A stretch of DNA of 64,000 nucleotides, from the NCBI GenBank assembly GCA_904063045.1, contig CAJFCJ010000007.1, forward strand, positions 368,819 through 432,818. The letters run 5' to 3'. Every line of letters begins with the position of its first letter. The stretch's first letter is position 1. Source of the DNA: Dimorphilus gyrociliatus (lineage: Eukaryota > Animalia > Annelida). Shown here one piece after another: positions 57,526 to 64,000 of this stretch. The notes beneath the pieces are model-generated. The model saw only the letters and a program-made list of their open reading frames with translations. It searched no databases and was not told the DNA's origin. A program made the translations under genes and the position numbers.

Positions 57526-58247
57526 TTCTAAGTCTTCGTCGGCTAGCGCCATCTATGATGACAGGTTTGGGGAGAGGATTATATTCTTGGTGAGCTGCCT
57601 TTTCGATTTCTATACAAAACATAGAAAAAGGGCGAACAATAAGACACTTGTAAGACTTTTATAGTAAAGACGAATCAAAGAGTAGGCAACGTCTTAGGTT
57701 TTCTTTGCCTAAATTTATCCTTTTCTTCTACATGTATGATCCTGTTGAATATTTTTCTTCTTCACAAATAACTTAATTCAAATATGACAAAGATATTAAG
57801 AGAAGGGTGAGAGAGAGAGAAACAGGAAATACTAATTAACAATTCAGAATCGAGTGATTAGTATTCGGCTATTAATTTCCGTGGCTTTACTGTAACATAG
57901 TTATGAAGGGATTAATAAAAATGCAATTAATATAGCAAGTCTAGTAAACTACCTACGTCTAATCGATTCCTTAGGGCGCGACTGTGGGAGTTAGCTTTTC
58001 CCTGAGGAAGCAGTTAACTTTCTCTTTGCCCTATATTCATTCTTTTTTTTTTATTTACCGTCTTGATTCTCTCTGTCTATTACATATTTATCTACGACTT
58101 TTTTATGGTTGAGATATGGTTTCGTCGATAATAAACAATAGATTAATCAATATTAACAGGATGTAATAAGTCGATTAGAACGTTGGAGATAGTTCTTACC
58201 TAGTAATCGTTCCCTTTCCACAAACACATTAATTAAGCCATCTGACA
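57526..58247 (-). other. Possible small spliced minus-strand gene (exons ~58200-58247 and 57526-57609)
   Basis: Stop-free exon-like segments with canonical sites (ttattag|...CTAG|gtaaga; ttgtatag|...AGAA|gtaaac) giving VSDGLINVFVERERLL / EIEKAAHQEYNPLPKPVIIDGASRRRLR; no recognised family. Confidence 0.3.
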
Positions 58248-59228
58248 CTAATAAGTAATGCAATTTAAAAAAATGGAAAGTCTCTTTTAAAGTTTACCAA
58301 ACTAGAAATAGGACATGACAATCTCCAGAATACGTAAATAGTTTGATTTCTTTTGTATTAAAATGGGAAATTAATTATATTAATACTTGCTAAGACGGCA
58401 ATGAAAATATTTAATACGTTCTCTTGACATGTATTATGGAATATTCCATAGTATCCTTTATTTAGGCTATTTGCCAATGATCGTCCTATATTGATACTAG
58501 CGGTTCAATCACTGGTATTCCATAGGCTGATAGGTTGAACTCTGTCTAACCTCGCATAACAGTTGATGTATTATATCATATTTCTTAGTTTGTTTTAGCA
58601 AAAATGAGAATGATATAGTATTTACAATCTTCGTCGTAGAAAAATATTAGCAAACAACAAATAGATTTTTGCTCTCTCTCTCTCTCTTGTCATCAACCTC
58701 TTCTTGTCATTCATCTTTCTGTATACTTTTTATAGGTTATGTTTTCATCTCTTCTCCCCTCTTCCCCATCATCATTCTATTTATTTTGCGGAATCTCTAA
58801 AAGTAAGAGAAATACGGAAACGAATTTGCAGTTGTTTTTCTCTCTCTTTAAACTATCTTAAGAATTTTAACAGATTTTAATTTTTTTTGCCACCAATATA
58901 AACAGCATTTAGTCTATTTTTTCTGTTGTAACATGATTAGTGATCTCAAATTGAAAATATTTACTTTGTCACCCAAGTAAAATAGTCTATCTATTTCCGT
59001 GATAAAGTAATTATAAATATAATTCAATTAATATTCTCTACAAATATCTTGCTTAAACTGGTAACGTTGAAAATGTAATAATGTTCTCGTTAAAATTGCG
59101 CAACGTTAATTTTTTTTACCAGTATTATGTACCTTTCTAAACCTTAAGATATCGGAGTAAAAGTTGAAACACGTGCCAATACCCGGTTAATGCCAAAGCG
59201 CGCGAATTACGCAATTTCAAATGTTGTT

Positions 59229-59238
59229 GTCACGTGAT
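59229..59238. promoter_or_regulatory. CLEAR/E-box-like element upstream of VPS9-domain gene
   Basis: GTCACGTGAT about 100 nt upstream of the ATG, next to an inverted CCAAT (GATTGG). Confidence 0.4.
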
Positions 59239-59336
59239 TTTTATGGTACCTGATTGGTTGGATTTGTTATGCAGGGCGCGCTCTATTCAGTCGGGTCGCG
59301 TCGTTGAGGAGAAAGTTCACGAGTTCATACGTAAAA

Positions 59337-60708
59337 ATGAATGAGTCGATTTGTAGTTGGGATAGTGAAAATACATCTAGGATATCTGCGAATGATCAAT
59401 TGAATGATAGCAACTTGGAAGAATGGCAAAATATTCAATATCCGACCTATAATAAGAATTACCTTGAAAATATAAGAGCTACCACCGAAAGAGGCGTTCC
59501 GAAACTATACTCTCTATTCTCAGACAAAGGTTTAACTTAAAAAGCCTCTTATGCGTGATACTTAGTATTCATATTGAACTTAAATTAACCATTCATAATT
59601 TCCGGTTAGATCTTGTAACCAGCTCCGATGAGGAAGACGGCTGTCGCTCAAGGAATAGATTAGGCAAGTTTAGACCGGATAAATTATCAACTAGAAGATT
59701 TTTAACCGACTTACAAGTCTATACTTTGAATGAACGGACTACTGAACGATTTTTGGACAAATGCTATAACTTAATTAGCGAATTGAAAAGTATGGATAAG
59801 AAAAATACTTCCATTAAACGTTTTCGTAAAAAGCTATTTGCTTTTTATTCTGAAATTGATAAATTAATGAAAACTGATAAAGATTTCTGGGGTTAGTCGG
59901 AAATAGGTAACTTAAGTATACGGACGAATAAAGAATTTCACATTTGATATTTTTTATTACAGTTGGTGACGAAGAAAATGTTTCCAAGGTTATTGAATGC
60001 GTTGAAAGATACGTTCTCACGAGATTATTTTGCCAACTATTTACCCTATCAATATCAGAGTTTAATGACGAAGACTGTAAATTCTATCACAAATGTCATA
60101 CTCTCAAATGGATTGAACCGCATCATCTACGCTGTCCTTTGCGAATGGATAACGAAGATGTCGTTTGTCAGATTCGCAAAGCAACAAGTACTCTGCAGAG
60201 GATCATCAATAAGAAGAATCCTTTCGAAATGATGAACTGCGCTGTAAATTTTCTATATGTGAAATTGCATCTTGATCTTTTAGCACTGAATGTTTTTTCC
60301 TTACTTCTTTCAGCTACGAGCAGTAAAATTTTGTGAAAAGGCTTTATTAGCATCAGGCTTTGAGGTTGTTTGTGCCGATGATCTAGTCACAGTGATGATC
60401 TATGTTGTGTTACAAGCCTCACCTCTTCACGTAAGGTCAACTGAAGAATTTCTGCTCAATTTCGCCCTGCCTTGTAGGATAGAACGTGGCCAAGAGGCCT
60501 ATTGCTTCGCTACTCTAGTAAGCTGCATAAAATAGCCTCATATATTTAACTAATTCCAATCGCTTTTCACCCATTATTAAAGGCAAGTGCAGCACGTTAC
60601 ATTCTACATATTAACCAATCAGATCTAAATATCCCGAAAGTAGAGTATGAGTCAAAGATGCGCGCTCTAGAGTTGTCTTCCTCATGCGAAGTTGCTCTAA
60701 ATAGTTGA
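59337..60708 (+). CDS. Rab5 GEF, Rabex-5 (RABGEF1)-like helical bundle plus VPS9 domain, multi-exon
   Basis: IECVERYVLTRLFCQLF...LKWIEPHHLRCPL...CADDLVTVMIYVVLQASP...GQEAYCFATL/ASAARYILHINQSDLNI parallels Rabex-5 (IEKYIMTRLY...SADDFLPTLIYIVLKGNP...GEDGYYFTNL). Exact 3' end is uncertain. Confidence 0.8.
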
Positions 60709-61110
60709 CTGATATATCTTATATTCTATAATGAAAAACAGGAATATTTGGAAGAAGAACGAAAAAATAAACTGGACAATAAGGAGTTTTCTCATTTTTT
60801 TATTATTTATTTTCAAATTCTTGTAATTTTTGCATATAAAAAAAATGCAACACAAATACTGAAGTCGGTGTAAAAGAACACAAAAGCATTTTTTTATTAA
60901 TATTACTTTTTATAAATAAAATCATGACTTGTATTAGTAAAATTGAATAATGGCATTTTTCCAGTGTATAGTAGAAAATAGATAGAAGGAAAGAGGTGCT
61001 TACATTCTACCACTTTTGCTGGAGAGATAGATAGAAAAATATATTTTAATAGGTTTAGGAGATACATTTGGTTTTTTGTGTCTCGAGTGCGAAATAAATC
61101 AATGGTGACT

Positions 61111-61787
61111 TCAACGGTGATTGATCGAAAGCCCATTTCTGCTATAAAGCTCTCTGAAGGCGGACGAATTTCCATTATAAAGATTATGATTTCTAAGAAT
61201 ACGACTTTGCTTAAAAATCTCTTTTTCAATTGTGGTCCAACTATTTTCGCAAAGTGGTCCATTTCTGCTATGATCGTATAATTGTTGATTGTATTTCGTA
61301 CCGCTTTGTGAGAAGTGCCTGTTGTGGGTTGGTTTGTTTTTTGTTTGATTGAAATAAGTAGTATTTTGGTTTTTTTGTTTTATAAATTCTCTTCAACTAA
61401 GTTAATTAATTAAACGTTAAAAATAAATAAATAAAAGTTAACTTGAGCTAAAGTTAAGTTTGTGAAAATAATTTGTAAAAGCTATTGACAGGAAACGGTA
61501 AAAAATAAAAAAAAACTAAACAAAAAATTTCTGGTACATTTTAAAGAAGGCAAGATATATGTTTTTTTTTTCTTAGTGATCTTTTCTTGATTCGAGTGAT
61601 TGATAAGATAAGTATTTAATTATCTTCGTTCAACTGTCGTAAAATTTCTACATCCCATTCTCCGTTGACTTTACTACGAATATCGTATTTTGTAGCATTG
61701 GCAATAATTCTTCTATTCTTCTTCAATGAATTTTCGGTGTATTCCCGATTATCCGAACCCGGATAGATGACTCGATAGATACCATTG
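61111..61787 (-). other. Two coding-like minus-strand exons of unknown gene (61616-61787, 61111-61318)
   Basis: Each follows a cag acceptor and is stop-free for 56-68 codons (NGIYRVIYPGSDNREY...; HFSQSGTKYNQQLYDH...); connection not resolved. Confidence 0.3.
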
Positions 61788-61960
61788 CTGTGTTAAAGAA
61801 ATCGATAGGCGACCTTTGATGAATATAAATTGGGTTTCATAAAGCACCGGGATAGCTTCTTTCCTACTTCACTCAAAGAGGTGATAAAAATGGAAGCTTG
61901 TGATTACACAAGTGATATCTACTAAACGAGATTATCATGCGTATGTTTCACCTTGTTTAA

Positions 61961-62799
61961 TTAATAGGTAAAAGGATCATCTGGATCGAAAAATGCTGCA
62001 TCATCACATTCGAACAAAGTTTCCCCCCCTTTAGGTAGTTCTGGTGTGAAAGGTATTCCGTCCGATGCCGTCGACGGAATCCTTCCCTCAGTCAATCGGC
62101 TGCTTGACAAGGTAAATGGTCGACTGTACTTTGACCTTGCTGTTGTCGGCGGTAAACTAGGCGGACGACTTATTGAGGATATGCTAGATAGAATAATAGA
62201 CTTTCAACCTATCTGTATAATAACCTATTACATAATAATAAAAATGCCTCCGCTTTTCAGATTGTCAATAGATTTATAGATCGATCTGTATAATAATCTG
62301 CTTTCACCTTTATTGTACAATAAGCAACAGTTCACGCAATAAAACTTCATAAAACACCTTGACATCGAAGCTCTATCTTTGACATAAGCCATCTCTTGCA
62401 TAAATTATCTAAATGTCAGTGTATATGTATACTTTTCCAATAGCATTAAACAACGCCAAGGAAATACTGATTAATTAATCAGATTATGCTTTTTTTTCAT
62501 TAAATTGTATCTAGAATTAAAAACTTCCTACCTGCGTCTTTCGCCACTCATTGCTGTTAGTTCGCTATCAGGCTTTCTTACAGTTTCAAGTTTTTGAGCA
62601 GAAATCCCTTCATTCTGTTTGGTAGGTAAAGTTTAATATTTGACTTCAAATATTAAAATTATTTGTTTTTCTATAGTAATTGTAACTTTTGTACCCGACT
62701 ATGTGTCATTTCTAATTGTTGTTTGGCAGCGTCACGCTGGCGTTGAAGTATTCTTGCTTTTCGGAGGGCCTCATTGTGATAATTGTTTATTCCCGCCAT
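61961..62799 (-). CDS. Uncharacterised multi-exon protein, divergent from G3BP
   Basis: Strong Kozak gccATGG at 62799; MAGINNYHNEALRKARILQRQRDAAKQQLEMTHSR|NEGISAQKLETVRKPDSELTAMSGERR, and a downstream Ser/Pro-rich exon ending ...FFDPDDPFTY*. Internal phases could not be fully reconciled. Confidence 0.4.
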
Positions 62800-63522
62800 G
62801 GCTTGAAAATTCTTATAGCCAATACTTAACCAGCCCTCGTGTTATATAACTATATACCCTAGCAACCCAAAAGTATTCCGCCCCGGTATTAACTACCCAA
62901 ATACGCAAGACGATACCAACCATACTAAAAAATTTCGTATTTAAAAATTAACTAAATTTCTAAAAGCATTGTTAAAATTTTACCCAAAATAAGTGATAAT
63001 TTTTACGAAAATTATTTTTTATACGAAAATCGAACATACGGGCACTTTACATTCACAGTTCGACACGAGCTAGCGCCATATTTTTCTCGGAATCTTCAGA
63101 GGTAAGTTGACGGAAGTCTCGCTGTAACGCTCTTAGGCTAAACCTTTTTGTGTTACATTTTAATTGAAATGACGCGTTTTTCAATTAACTTTGCATATAT
63201 TCTTAAAACGGCGTGCTTTTTTGTCTACAAAAAGATTCACGCCAGTTCATGTTGCAGGCATGCGCAAACCGGCATTCTTGACGTTAAAATGTGCGCACAA
63301 TCGACGTTCATTATCTCGCTTAAAAGACTTTCAATCTTCACTTTTCGTTTAAAATAATACATAATATATATATATCTATTACTTAAGCAAGAAAAGAATG
63401 CCGAAAAGCGAAAGTTATAGAATGAGAAAACCACGTTGTTAATCATAACCATTTAGTCATCCGTTACAACGTCAGAACTTAAGATAACTTTATTCTAACA
63501 GGTCTCTCAACTTTCAGTAGCC

Positions 63523-64000
63523 ATGGTAATGGAAAAACCCTCAGCACACAACGTTGCTCGGGAATTCGTCCGCCAATATTACACGTTGCTACACCAAGCC
63601 CCGCAGTATCTCCACCGCTTTTATAGCGCCAATTCGAGCTTCCTTCATGGAGGCATGGAGAAAGCCGGGCAAGAGCAACCCGCAATTTGCGGTCAAGAAC
63701 AAATCCACCAACGCATAATGGATTTGAAGTTTACCAACTGTAGAGCTAAAATCTTCCTTGTGGACAGTCAAGCATCTGTTGGTAACGGCATCGTTGTTCA
63801 AGTTAGCGGAGAATTATCGAATGATAATGGCCCAATGCGAAGGTTTATGCAAACTTTCGTTTTGGTCGAGCAAGAACCGAGAAAATACTACGTGCATAAC
63901 GACATATTTCGTTATCAAGACGAAGTATTCGAAAATGATGGACAAGAATCGAACGAAATACATAGCGTTGAAGCCGTGGAAGAAGCTGGAGATGTACAAG
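63523..64000 (+). CDS. G3BP: Ras GTPase-activating protein-binding protein (G3BP/rasputin), NTF2-like domain; 3' truncated
   Basis: MVMEKPSAHNVAREFVRQYYTLLHQAPQYLHRFYSANSSFLHGG...VVQVSGELSNDNGPMRRFMQTFVLVEQEPRKYYVHNDIFRYQDEVF. A 5' UTR intron runs from gt at 63102. Absent from the ORF track because no stop falls inside the window. Confidence 0.95.
   Translation, partial: MVMEKPSAHNVAREFVRQYYTLLHQAPQYLHRFYSANSSFLHGGMEKAGQEQPAICGQEQIHQRIMDLKFTNCRAKIFLVDSQASVGNGIVVQVSGELSNDNGPMRRFMQTFVLVEQEPRKYYVHNDIFRYQDEVFENDGQESNEIHSVEAVEEAGDVQ

Noticed and set aside
57967-58010. Hairpin TTCCTTAGGG...CCCTGAGGAA as a possible pre-miRNA
   Set aside because: The stem is short and imperfect and matches no conserved miRNA I recognise.
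63040-63090. MALARVEL start next to G3BP, initially suggesting its partner USP10
   Set aside because: It stops after 8 codons; no FGDF motif or USP domain downstream.

Overview
Eukaryotic (animal) genomic DNA: very AT-rich, gene-dense, with short GT-AG introns (mostly 50-170 nt). The gene set and compactness suggest a small-genome bilaterian invertebrate, possibly a lophotrochozoan such as a miniature annelid (inference only). The ORF track ignores splicing, so most short ORFs are artefacts; gene models below were rebuilt by hand from splice sites. Order: 3' end of a fibrocystin-L (PKHD1L1)-like gene (+), an inverted decayed copy of its tail (-), SLC38A7-like amino acid transporter (-), orphan class A peptide-type GPCR (+), RPL18 (-) head-to-head with a sphingosine kinase (+), a many-exon type II transmembrane MACIT collagen (COL13/23/25-like, +), SBSPON (-), an uncharacterised multi-pass membrane protein with a C-terminal C76-peptidase-like domain (+), DDIT4/scylla-like (+), GPX7-like (+), an atypical Rho GTPase (+), KIF24 (-), a degenerate P-loop protein (+), HSD17B12-like (+), a Rabex-5-like VPS9 protein (+), poorly resolved minus-strand exons, and the 5' part of G3BP (+). 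No CRISPR array, tRNA/rRNA or intact transposon was recognised. Most notable: a tandem-duplicated, phase-enforced mutually exclusive exon pair over the lipid-binding segment of sphingosine kinase; a receptor/channel-like membrane protein fused to an apparent pseudo-deubiquitinase; and a MACIT collagen with duplicated C-terminal NC4 exons and an RBFOX-motif cluster.
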